Shown here one piece after another: positions 15,015 to 23,332 of a stretch of DNA of 32,000 nt (its first letter is position 1; each line of letters begins with the position of its first letter). A program made the position numbers and the translations under genes. The DNA is from Rubeoparvulum massiliense (GTDB lineage: Bacteria; Bacillota; Bacilli; Rubeoparvulales; Rubeoparvulaceae): contig NZ_CVPE01000006.1 of assembly GCF_001049895.1 (NCBI RefSeq), forward strand, positions 176,441 through 208,440, given 5' to 3'. Under the pieces are notes generated by a model. The model made no database searches. It saw nothing but the letters and a program-made list of their open reading frames with translations, and was not told the origin of the DNA.

Positions 15015-15023
15015 TGCTATAAT
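15015..15023 (+). promoter_or_regulatory. Extended -10 element (TGcTATAAT) upstream of the usp gene
   Basis: Perfect TATAAT at 15018-15023 with TG at 15015-15016, 28 nt upstream of ATG 15051. The -35 region is poor and is overlapped by a 9-bp direct repeat. Confidence 0.45.
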
Positions 15024-15050
15024 ATGGATAAAAGAAATGGAGGGATCGCC

Positions 15051-15491
15051 ATGTTTAAAAAAATCTTAGTGGCTATTGATGGATCAAATCAGGGGAATAA
15101 AGCGTTGGATTCTGCCATCGCTATTGCTCAAGGTGCTGAGGGTGAGCTACATATTATGCACGTGATCAAGAATGATATGGTTCCTAGCTATGTGTTAGCA
15201 GAATTGTCTACCATCAGCTTTCAGGTCGACTTTATTGAGGTAGCACGGAAACATGGAGATACCATCCTTGAGTTGGCTGCGGAAAAAGCGAAACAGGCAA
15301 AGCTCACCACCTATACCCATCTGCTAGAAGGTGATCCCGCACGGATGATTAGTTCCTTCGCTGAGGAGCATGATATGGATTTAATTGTTTTAGGAAGCAG
15401 AGGACTTACACAGATGAAGGAATGGATGCTTGGTAGCGTAAGTCATCGCGTTTCCCAATATGCAGAGAAGCCGATTCTCATCGTTAAATAA
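15051..15491 (+). CDS. Universal stress protein (UspA family)
   Basis: MFKKILVAIDGS...HIMHV......DLIVLGSRGLT......LGSVSHRVSQYAEKPILIV is a classic Usp ATP-binding-type pattern. RBS GGAGGG lies 6 nt upstream of ATG 15051; the ORF is open from 15000. Confidence 0.9.
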   Translation: MFKKILVAIDGSNQGNKALDSAIAIAQGAEGELHIMHVIKNDMVPSYVLAELSTISFQVDFIEVARKHGDTILELAAEKAKQAKLTTYTHLLEGDPARMISSFAEEHDMDLIVLGSRGLTQMKEWMLGSVSHRVSQYAEKPILIVK

Positions 15492-15530
15492 GTAAAATCA
15501 GTAAAACTTGTAGAACTGGATTCGATGATC

Positions 15531-15560
15531 GAGAGCTCTTTTTGAGCTCTCTTTTGTTTT
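15531..15560 (+). terminator. Rho-independent terminator after usp
   Basis: GAGAGCTC-ttttt-GAGCTCTC followed by TTTTGTTTTT. Confidence 0.8.
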
Positions 15561-15645
15561 TGTGTGATATGATAAAGTAGACTTGGTTCAGGTGAAGGTA
15601 TTCGTGACGCGTCTGAGATAAAAAGTGATATTTACATAGAGTAGG

Positions 15646-17580
15646 ATGATCTTCTTGCGTATGAAACCAATTCAACGATGGAGCATAATTATTTCTTCAA
15701 TTATACTTCTGATCACAGCACTGCTATTCTACTACTTCAATGCTACCAAGCCCACCGGAAGCGAAGAAGAGGAAGAACTTCAACCACTCAATCTGGAGAA
15801 GCTACCATCTCTGCAGATCGATTTGCATGCCCATTATCAATTGGAGGCCACCCTTCTCCCACAGGAACGTCTGATTGTGGGGACCGCTATCATCACCTTC
15901 GATCTCCCGCCTACATCGGAGGTACATTTCTACTCCTATGCCTACGAGTGGCAACCGATGCAGATTCAGAAGGTGACGCAACAGGGGAAGGAGAAGGAAA
16001 AATCCATTCCCTTCACCTATGACAAGCGTACCATTCAGATTCAAACCAAGGATCTTCAACAAGAGGATGGTCGGAGCAGCTTAACCATCGCCTTTAAGAC
16101 CCCAATCCCAGCGGGGGGTACACGGATGGGGGTGAAGGATTCCATCTGGCTCCTGACCAATTGGCATCCTCAGCTCGGTGTTCTTGATCAGCAGTATCTT
16201 TGGAAGGAACGCCCCCGTCCTCGTGGCTTCGGTGATCCCTTCTACTATTCCCGTGGAGATTATGAGGTGCTCTTTCATGCTCCAGCAGGGTATCACTGGG
16301 TGGTAAGTGGCATGGAAGAGGAGGAGAAACAACAGCAAGATCAGCAGGTGACCTGGTCCTGGAAGGGAAAGGAATTACATAATTTTGCTCTTGTAGGGAG
16401 TCCACATTTTATCATGGAGGATGTGAGGATGGAGGATGGGACGGTGATTCGTTTCGCTGCTTCCGATCCCACGCACTTAGCACAACTAAAGGCCATCGGC
16501 ATCGCTGCGTATCAAGTTTACACAACAGAGTTTGGCCAACTTTCCACCAAGCATTTCGGTGTCATCGAAACAGGCTCAGGAACCAATTATGCTATTGAGC
16601 ATCCCAATCTGGCCATCGTATCACGGGATATGTATGCATATGATCTGATTCAACACTGGTTGCCCCATGAGATTGCCCATTGGTGGTGGTACAATAATCT
16701 TTCCACATGGGAGATCGAGCATGGCTGGGTCGATGAGGGCTTGGCAGAGTTCAGTGTCTATCTCTATACGAAGCAGATGTTCGGTGAAGAGCAGGGTCAT
16801 CAATTACTGAAAGAGTATCAAGATGGTCATCAGCGCCTAATGCAGCTCTTTCCCAATGGTCACCTCGATCAAGGACTCCACAGCTTTTCCAGTCATGAAC
16901 AGTTTGACTACACCTGGTATGATGGTGGCGCCATGCTCTTTTTCAATCTACGGGAACGTATCGGGGAAGAAGAGTTTCTTCATTTTCTTCAACGTTTAAC
17001 CAAGGAGTATGCAGGGATGTATGTGGATGCTCGTCATCTCGATGAAGCCTTAAGTGAGGTTCTCCATGGGAAGGTGAACTATTTTCAGAAAAACGTAGCT
17101 CAGGCCAATCATCATCACTTTGTGGACCCTGATTGGGAGACGGAACCAGGGATTCTCTTTGCACCAGGTAGTGAGATTTTACATCAGCCAAAGGCGTTTA
17201 CAGACCATGCTTATGCCAAAAATGGGCAGCTCTATCTCCCCCTCCGTCCATTGCTAGAGTTAACAGGGGCTGAAGTAAATTGGCATGGAGAAGATGGCTA
17301 TGTGGAATTACGAGATGTTCTGATTGATGAAGGAGAACTATCAGACACATCCGATACGAAACGTAATTCAACGCGTCTCATTACTGTCACCATTCCTTTG
17401 GATGGGAATGTGGTGACACTGAAGGAGAATGAGGTGGAAAGTACCTTCACCATTCCCATGAAGGCATGTAATCGGAATGGTACACTCTATCTTCCTGTTC
17501 AATTCTATGAGACCATTTATAACTGGGAGATCGATTGGCTTAAGGGCGAGAATCAGCTTATCATCGGCGGTGATATCTAG
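15646..17580 (+). CDS. Membrane-anchored M1-type (gluzincin) zinc metallopeptidase with a C-terminal copper-amine-oxidase-N-terminal-like domain
   Basis: N-terminal TM segment (WSIIISSIILLITALLFYY). HEIAHWWW followed 18 residues later by E (WVDEGLAEF) gives the HExxH-x18-E motif. The C-terminal ~100 aa (NGQLYLPLRPLLELTGAEVNWHGEDGYVEL ... NGTLYLPVQFYETIYNWEI) resemble the Cu_amine_oxidN1 'stalk' repeat common in Bacillales exoproteins. Confidence 0.8.
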   Translation: MIFLRMKPIQRWSIIISSIILLITALLFYYFNATKPTGSEEEEELQPLNLEKLPSLQIDLHAHYQLEATLLPQERLIVGTAIITFDLPPTSEVHFYSYAYEWQPMQIQKVTQQGKEKEKSIPFTYDKRTIQIQTKDLQQEDGRSSLTIAFKTPIPAGGTRMGVKDSIWLLTNWHPQLGVLDQQYLWKERPRPRGFGDPFYYSRGDYEVLFHAPAGYHWVVSGMEEEEKQQQDQQVTWSWKGKELHNFALVGSPHFIMEDVRMEDGTVIRFAASDPTHLAQLKAIGIAAYQVYTTEFGQLSTKHFGVIETGSGTNYAIEHPNLAIVSRDMYAYDLIQHWLPHEIAHWWWYNNLSTWEIEHGWVDEGLAEFSVYLYTKQMFGEEQGHQLLKEYQDGHQRLMQLFPNGHLDQGLHSFSSHEQFDYTWYDGGAMLFFNLRERIGEEEFLHFLQRLTKEYAGMYVDARHLDEALSEVLHGKVNYFQKNVAQANHHHFVDPDWETEPGILFAPGSEILHQPKAFTDHAYAKNGQLYLPLRPLLELTGAEVNWHGEDGYVELRDVLIDEGELSDTSDTKRNSTRLITVTIPLDGNVVTLKENEVESTFTIPMKACNRNGTLYLPVQFYETIYNWEIDWLKGENQLIIGGDI

Positions 17581-17687
17581 ATTCCCGCCTTTTCTGGTGT
17601 GACATAAAGGTGACCTTCAATCATTGCTTTACTAGGTATAATCCCTTATTCTATAAAGAGAAGGAAAATTGAAGTAGAAGAGAGGGA

Positions 17688-18239
17688 ATGATTGTGGGAC
17701 AAACAGAGAATAAAGCAGCAGTAACGCGGAATTATACTCCAACGATTGTCATCTTAACCATTGTAATTAATCTGGTCGTAGCCATTCTCTTTTTTATGCC
17801 GAAGTATGAAGGGGCCACCCAGTTTGATATTACGGTTCTACCGATGATGAATGCGATTTTTAATAGCTTTACCTTTGTCTTTCTTGTAGCAGCCTTATGG
17901 ATGATTAAGCGTAGCAATATTAAAGCGCATCGTGGCTTTATATTCGCAGCCTTTACAACCACAGCACTTTTCTTAATCACCTATGTAACGTATCACTTTT
18001 TAGCAGAATCCACACCCTATGGCGGTGATGGTGCTCTACGTTATATCTATCTCTTTATTCTTTTAACTCATGTGGTGCTGGCTGCAGCCATCGTTCCCCT
18101 TGCTTTAACAACTCTAGCGCGGGGATTGAATATGCAGACGGAACGGCATCGCAAAATTGCACGCTGGACCATGCCACTCTGGCTCTATGTGAGCATCACT
18201 GGTGTGGTGGTCTATCTGATGATCTCGCCTTATTATTAA
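17688..18239 (+). CDS. DUF420 family membrane protein (YozB/CtaM-like)
   Basis: LPMMNAIFNSFTFVFLV..LWMIKR.NIKAHRGFIFAAF..TALFLITYVTYHF ... YIYLFILLTHVVLAAAIVPLAL.TL.RGL......HRKIARWTMPLWLYVSITGVVVYLM is the DUF420 pattern. GTG 17694 may be the real start because GAGGG lies 7 nt upstream of it. Confidence 0.85.
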   Translation: MIVGQTENKAAVTRNYTPTIVILTIVINLVVAILFFMPKYEGATQFDITVLPMMNAIFNSFTFVFLVAALWMIKRSNIKAHRGFIFAAFTTTALFLITYVTYHFLAESTPYGGDGALRYIYLFILLTHVVLAAAIVPLALTTLARGLNMQTERHRKIARWTMPLWLYVSITGVVVYLMISPYY

Positions 18240-18267
18240 GCAGGAGATATTCATTAGCGTAAAAGGA

Positions 18268-18304
18268 AGACCCAGGTGGAGGAGCATCTCCATCTGGGTC
18301 TTTA
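18268..18304. terminator. Hairpin between convergent genes (bidirectional terminator candidate)
   Basis: AGACCCAGGTGGAG-gagcat-CTCCATCTGGGTCT followed by TTTAT: a 14-bp stem with one G-U pair. Confidence 0.65.
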
Positions 18305-18345
18305 TGCGTGGTGTCCTTATATAGCAATGAATCGAGCGTACAAAG

Positions 18346-18681
18346 TTATAAGGTAAGCACTTCGTATTGGTTGGCCAATTCAATAAAGTGTTTCATACTA
18401 GAGAGCTCACCGACGGTCATTTGATCCTGCAGTCCATAATAGTCGATACAGGTTTTGCATGCCAGAATGGAAACACCACTCTTTTCAAGCGCCTTTAACT
18501 GTAAGGAGATCACTGATTTGGCGGTGAGTGTAAAGACACCGCGATTCAAGCAGAAGATAGCCACCGGCTTCTCCTCTTCCTGTTTTAAAATAGTAAAGAA
18601 ATTCTCCAGTAAAGCTTCACCTAGCTCTTCATCGCCAGTGCCTAAGCGGTCTGATTGAAGAAGAATTACACGATTTTTCAT
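18346..18681 (-). CDS. DsrE/DsrF-like family protein with a CxxC motif (resembles the C-terminal domain of YedF-type 'selenium metabolism' proteins)
   Basis: 111 aa. LGTGDEELGEALLENFFTIL...PVAIFCLNRGVFTL......L..LEKSGVSILACKTCIDYYGL.D...VGELSSM follows the DsrE-like/YedF C-terminal domain pattern as I recall it, including the redox-type Cys pair (CKTC). There is no N-terminal TusA/SirA domain. Confidence 0.65.
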   Translation of the reverse strand: MKNRVILLQSDRLGTGDEELGEALLENFFTILKQEEEKPVAIFCLNRGVFTLTAKSVISLQLKALEKSGVSILACKTCIDYYGLQDQMTVGELSSMKHFIELANQYEVLTL

Positions 18682-18751
18682 AAGGCTGTGTCCTTTCTAA
18701 GTTAGATAGACTACATTTACTATTGTAGCAAAAGTAGGGTGTACATGCGTG

Positions 18752-19672
18752 TTAACCTTTGAGCGGTTGTTTATTCTCATCTAAGGTGAAGCCTTCACCA
18801 AAGACCTCTCTTGCATCGGAGACCACGATAAATGCATAGGGATCTACTTCATGGACGAGATTGCGGAGCAGGATTAATTCACCCCGTGGAACAACACAAT
18901 ATAAGACTTCCTTTTCACTGCCGGTATAGCCACCTCGTCCTTTTAAGAGCGTGGTTCCTCTACCCATCCGCTGGGTGATGGTACTGGAGATGGCGGGGGC
19001 TTGCTCAGAGATAATCATGGTAGCCTTGGCAAGGGAGGCTCCCTCTAGTACAAAGTCAATGACGCGTGTCCCTGTATAGATAGCCACCATGGTGTACATG
19101 GCATAGGTTAGATCGAGATAGATGGTGGAAAGGGCGATGACAAAAATATCAAACATGAGGAGTACCTTACCCATGCTGATCCCCTTATGCTTATTCACAA
19201 TTCGGGCCACAATATCTGATCCCCCTGTTGTTCCACCAAAGCGGAAGACAATGCCGAGACCGATGCCGACGAAGACCCCTGCATAAAGGGCTGCTAAGAT
19301 TAGATGATCAGGCATAGGATAGGCAATTCCTTCGAAGATCCAGAGAAAAAGGGAGACAAAAAGCGTTCCAATAATCGTATAGATCATGGTGGATTTGCCA
19401 AGCTGCCGATAACCGATAATAAATAAGGGGATATTGAGTGCAAGGTTGGTAATTGCCGGGTTAATATTAAAGATATATTTTAATAGCAAGGCGATTCCGG
19501 TGAAGCCACCTTCAGAAAGATTATTGGCAATATTAAAGGTATTGATGCCGAAGGAAAAGATGGCAGTACCCAGCATGATTCCTAAGATATTTTGCCAGCG
19601 TAATCGGAATTTTTTGGGTGGGATCGATTGATGGAGCAGGGTTGTATCGGTGCTTTGTGACATGATTGGCAC
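18752..19672 (-). CDS. YitT-family membrane protein (UPF0750) with a C-terminal DUF2179 domain
   Basis: Five or six TM segments, then ...GRGTTLLKGRGGYTGSEKEVLYCVVPRGELILLRNLVHEVDPYAFIVVSDAREVFGEGF (DUF2179). It occupies the position of B. subtilis ypjC, divergent from ypjD. Confidence 0.88.
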   Translation of the reverse strand: MPIMSQSTDTTLLHQSIPPKKFRLRWQNILGIMLGTAIFSFGINTFNIANNLSEGGFTGIALLLKYIFNINPAITNLALNIPLFIIGYRQLGKSTMIYTIIGTLFVSLFLWIFEGIAYPMPDHLILAALYAGVFVGIGLGIVFRFGGTTGGSDIVARIVNKHKGISMGKVLLMFDIFVIALSTIYLDLTYAMYTMVAIYTGTRVIDFVLEGASLAKATMIISEQAPAISSTITQRMGRGTTLLKGRGGYTGSEKEVLYCVVPRGELILLRNLVHEVDPYAFIVVSDAREVFGEGFTLDENKQPLKG

Positions 19673-19810
19673 ATCCTCTCTAGCTTCAGCTTCTCTGTAG
19701 TTAAGTATACTTTAGTTTTGATTTTGATGACAATATGTTGGAGGGATGTTGGCAAATCGTCTGGTATGAATTAACATGAAGATATGTAAGAGGGATAGGA
19801 GGAACAGCAG

Positions 19811-20176
19811 ATGCAGTTGGAGATTGAACATCCAGAGCAGGAGAAGATGCTACGCGCTTGGCAGGAAGAGGTGGATCAATATATCTCGCAATTTAAAGAG
19901 GGGTACTTTTCTCCACTTGCCATGCTGGCCCGACTTTCAGAGGAATTAGGGGAGTTAGCCCGTGAAGTGAACCATACCTATGGTGAAAAGCCGAAGAAGC
20001 CCACTGAGCAGGCTGGCAGTATTGAAGAGGAGCTTGCTGATTTACTCTTCGTGCTCATCTGTTTTGCCAATTCACAAAATATTAGCCTTGATGCTGAATT
20101 GAACAAAGTCATGGAAAAGTTTCGGACACGCGATAAGGATCGTTGGACCAAAAAGGAGGAGTGCTCCCATGAATAA
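19811..20176 (+). CDS. ypjD: MazG-like nucleotide pyrophosphohydrolase (YpjD family)
   Basis: LARLSEELGELAREVNHTYGEKPKK......IEEELADLLFVLICFAN is the EExxE/ExxD MazG helix pair. It is located immediately upstream of dapB and overlaps it, as in B. subtilis. Confidence 0.88.
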   Translation: MQLEIEHPEQEKMLRAWQEEVDQYISQFKEGYFSPLAMLARLSEELGELAREVNHTYGEKPKKPTEQAGSIEEELADLLFVLICFANSQNISLDAELNKVMEKFRTRDKDRWTKKEECSHE

Positions 20177-20981
20177 ACCAATTCGAATCGTTGTAGCAGG
20201 TGCCAAAGGACGGATGGGACAAGAATGGATACATTATATGGAGGGAGAACCCACATTCCAGCTGGTAGCTGCGGTGGATCGTACATTAGAGGGCGTTGAT
20301 GTAGGCAATGCCTTGGGAGGCTCATCCCAAGCGCCCTTCTATACCTCCCTTGCAGAAGCTATCGAAAAGGAAAGACCCGATTGCTTAGTGGATTTCACAA
20401 CCCCAGAGGCAGGCTATCGTAATGCGCTTACGGCCATGGAGCATGGAATTCGTGCGGTCATTGGTACCACAGGCTTTAGTGAAGAGCAGCTCAAGCACTT
20501 GGAGGAGGAGCATGCCAAGCATCCTGCGGGAATGTTGATCGCTCCGAACTTTGCCATCGGTGCTGTATTGATGATGCAATTTTCAAAAATGGCTGCCCGT
20601 TTTCTACCAGATGTAGAGATAATCGAGATGCATCATAACCAAAAGCTAGATGCACCATCAGGTACAGCAAGAAAGACAGCAGCCATGATTCAAGAGGTGC
20701 GGCAGGCTCACCAGCAAGGTCATCCTAATGAATTGGAGCATATGGCCGGAGTTCGCGGTGGTGATATGGAAGGGATCCGTATCCATAGTGTCCGTCTGCC
20801 TGGTCTTGTAGCTCATCAAGAGGTAATCTTTGGCGGTGAGGGAGAGACCTTACATATTCGCCATGATTCCAATTCTCGCCGCTGCTTTATGCCAGGGGTT
20901 GCCTTGGGTATACGCTATGTAATGGAGCATCCCCAATATATCTATGGGTTGGAGCATATTCTGGGAGGGGAAATGGCATGA
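20169..20981 (+). CDS. dapB: 4-hydroxy-tetrahydrodipicolinate reductase
   Basis: [100 protein letters not shown]. Collinear with B. subtilis DapB. Confidence 0.95.
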   Translation: MNKPIRIVVAGAKGRMGQEWIHYMEGEPTFQLVAAVDRTLEGVDVGNALGGSSQAPFYTSLAEAIEKERPDCLVDFTTPEAGYRNALTAMEHGIRAVIGTTGFSEEQLKHLEEEHAKHPAGMLIAPNFAIGAVLMMQFSKMAARFLPDVEIIEMHHNQKLDAPSGTARKTAAMIQEVRQAHQQGHPNELEHMAGVRGGDMEGIRIHSVRLPGLVAHQEVIFGGEGETLHIRHDSNSRRCFMPGVALGIRYVMEHPQYIYGLEHILGGEMA

Positions 20982-21403
20982 ATATCGCCTTGATTGCCCA
21001 TGACCGCAAAAAAGATGAGATGGTCAACTTTGCCATTGCCTATGAGCCTCTGCTTCAAAAACAGACGCTCTATGCTACAGGAACCACAGGACTACGGATT
21101 ATGGAGCAGACCAAGCTCAAGGTGAATCGGAAAATGTCAGGCCCATTAGGAGGCGATCAGCAGATTGGCTCTATGGTGGCTCAGAATGAGCTGGATCTGG
21201 TGATTTTTTTCCGCGATCCATTAACAGCGCAGCCCCATGAACCGGATATTCTAGCCTTACTACGGCTATGTGATGTGTATGGCATCCCCCTTGCCACCAA
21301 TGTGGCCTCTGCAGAGATTATGATCCGTGCCTTGGATCGCGGTGAGCTCAATTGGCGTGAAGTGGTTCATAAGTATCGTAATGAGATGCTTGCTAAGGAG
21401 TAA
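20978..21403 (+). CDS. mgsA: Methylglyoxal synthase
   Basis: [74 protein letters not shown] overlap with dapB. Confidence 0.95.
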   Translation: MNIALIAHDRKKDEMVNFAIAYEPLLQKQTLYATGTTGLRIMEQTKLKVNRKMSGPLGGDQQIGSMVAQNELDLVIFFRDPLTAQPHEPDILALLRLCDVYGIPLATNVASAEIMIRALDRGELNWREVVHKYRNEMLAKE

Positions 21404-21470
21404 GCCATTCGACATGGCTCTCCAGAATGGAGCAGGAAGCAGGTAGAGATGATTGGAAGATAGAAAGGAA

Positions 21471-22175
21471 ATGGCTATGGAAGCATGGGAAAGCGTTGAT
21501 ATTGTAGCATTTGGTGCCCATCCTGATGATGTGGAAATTGGTTGTGCAGGCATCTTGCATCGCCATGTGCAGATGGGGAAGCGGGTCCTCATCTGCGATC
21601 TAACCAAGGCGGAGCTCTCGTCTAATGGGAACGTGGAGCTGCGCCAACAGGAGGCAGCGCATGCCGCTGAAATCATAGGGGCGAAGCGGATCAATCTCGG
21701 GATGGCTGATCGGGGGATCGTGGAGGATACAGACTCGATCCGTAAGGTGGTTGCTGTGCTACGGCGCTATCAGCCAAAGCTAGTACTGGCACCGTATTGG
21801 GAGGATCGTCACCCTGACCATATGGCTTGCTATCATTTGGTCTACCAGGCCATCTTCTCTGCAACCATTCGTAAATTTGTAGTGGATGATCTGCCACCCC
21901 ATCGAGTTAAACAATACTTTGCTTACTTTATCAATCAGATTACGACACCAAGCTGCCTCATGGATATCTCCCAACAATGGGAGACGAAGCGGGCAGCCTT
22001 ATTAGCTTATGGCTCACAGTTCTCTGCACAGCCCGGTACGGTAAGTACGCCGTTAAATGCTGGATACCTCGCTTCCCTCGAAGGACGGGAGCGCTATTTT
22101 GGCTCACAGCTGGGCGTTCAGTATGCCGAGGGCCTCGTTAGTAAAAATCCCCTCCAGCTCACCCAGCTGGTGTAA
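21471..22175 (+). CDS. bshB1: N-acetyl-alpha-D-glucosaminyl L-malate deacetylase (bacillithiol biosynthesis, LmbE/PIG-L family)
   Basis: VDIVAFGAHPDDVEIGCAG, ICDLTKAELSSNGNVELRQQEAAHAAEI, VLAPYWEDRHPDH, and the C-terminal YAEGLVSK. Collinear with B. subtilis YpjG. The ORF is open from TTG 21453; ATG 21471 or 21477 follows AAAGGAA. Confidence 0.92.
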   Translation: MAMEAWESVDIVAFGAHPDDVEIGCAGILHRHVQMGKRVLICDLTKAELSSNGNVELRQQEAAHAAEIIGAKRINLGMADRGIVEDTDSIRKVVAVLRRYQPKLVLAPYWEDRHPDHMACYHLVYQAIFSATIRKFVVDDLPPHRVKQYFAYFINQITTPSCLMDISQQWETKRAALLAYGSQFSAQPGTVSTPLNAGYLASLEGRERYFGSQLGVQYAEGLVSKNPLQLTQLV

Positions 22176-22183
22176 GGAGGCCC

Positions 22184-23326
22184 ATGATGAAGATTGGAAT
22201 CACGTGCTATCCTTCACTAGGTGGATCAGGGATTGTGGCTACGGAGTTAGGAAAATTTTTGGCGGAGCGGGGACATACGGTTCACTTCATTACATCAGGT
22301 GTACCATTTCGCCTCGGTACTTATATGCGGAATATCTATTATCATGAGGTGGAAGTGAATAGCTACTCCGTCTTTCGTTATCCTCCCTATGATCTAACGC
22401 TGGCCAGTCGGATGGCACAGGTGGCTCGTATGGCGGAGCTGGATCTTCTCCACGTTCATTATGCCGTTCCTCACGCTGTAAGTGCATATCTTGCGAAGTT
22501 GATGGTGGGAGACCACTTGAAGGTGGTTACCACCTTGCATGGGACAGATATTACTGTACTAGGGTATGACCCGACGCTTATTGATATAATCCGCTTTGGT
22601 ATTCAGCGGAGTGATTATGTGACTGCCGTCTCTGAAAGCTTGATTCAGGAGACGAAGCAATTGATCTGTCATGATCAAGAGATCGCTTGTATCTATAATT
22701 TTATCGATCCAGCGCAATATTATCGCCATGATGTAACTGCTCTTCGTCGTGAATATGTAAATTCGGAACAGAAACTGCTGGTTCACCTCTCTAATTTTCG
22801 CAAGGTGAAGCGTGCGCCTGACTGTGTTCGCATCTTGCAACAGGTTCGACAGCAGGTGGATGCGAAGCTACTCTTCATCGGAGAGGGGCCTGAATTGCCA
22901 GCGGTACAGCAATTAACCTTTGAACTGGGTCTACAGGATTATGTAATGTTTTTAGGGAAGCAGGAGGATATAACGCCCATGCTCTCTATGGCTGATCTCA
23001 TGCTGCTTCCTTCGGAGAAGGAGAGCTTCGGCCTTTCTGCCCTAGAAGCCATGGCATGTGGTGTGCCGGTTATCGCTTCCCGAGCAGGAGGTATCCCCGA
23101 GGTGGTGATCCATGGGGAAACAGGCTTCCTTGCACCCATTGGCGCTGTAGATCAGATGGCAGCTGATGCCTTGAAGCTTCTAAAGCATCCGATGCTATGG
23201 GCAGAGATGTCCCAGCATGCAGTCAATTGGGCGAAAACCCATTTTGCTGCGGAACGGATCGTAACACAATATGAGGAGATCTATCGTAAGGTCCTAGAGG
23301 GTGAAGGCCGGAGGGAAGGAGCCTAG
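22184..23326 (+). CDS. bshA: N-acetyl-alpha-D-glucosaminyl L-malate synthase (GT4 glycosyltransferase, bacillithiol biosynthesis)
   Basis: [42 protein letters not shown], and the C-terminal GT4 motif [38 protein letters not shown]. It follows bshB1, as in Bacilli. Confidence 0.93.
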   Translation: MMKIGITCYPSLGGSGIVATELGKFLAERGHTVHFITSGVPFRLGTYMRNIYYHEVEVNSYSVFRYPPYDLTLASRMAQVARMAELDLLHVHYAVPHAVSAYLAKLMVGDHLKVVTTLHGTDITVLGYDPTLIDIIRFGIQRSDYVTAVSESLIQETKQLICHDQEIACIYNFIDPAQYYRHDVTALRREYVNSEQKLLVHLSNFRKVKRAPDCVRILQQVRQQVDAKLLFIGEGPELPAVQQLTFELGLQDYVMFLGKQEDITPMLSMADLMLLPSEKESFGLSALEAMACGVPVIASRAGGIPEVVIHGETGFLAPIGAVDQMAADALKLLKHPMLWAEMSQHAVNWAKTHFAAERIVTQYEEIYRKVLEGEGRREGA

Positions 23327-23332
23327 ACTAGT

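Noticed and set aside
17612-17642. TATAAT at 17637-17642 upstream of the DUF420 gene, considered as a promoter
   Set aside because: The -10 element is perfect, but there is no acceptable -35 element and no TG extension. It was left unreported as a feature.
21266-21694. 142-aa minus-strand ORF spanning the mgsA/bshB1 junction, and similar antisense ORFs inside cadA, bshA, cca/birA, dinG and the M1 peptidase gene
   Set aside because: All are embedded antisense or out of frame in genes with strong homology signatures. They are typical shadow ORFs of moderately GC-rich coding DNA.
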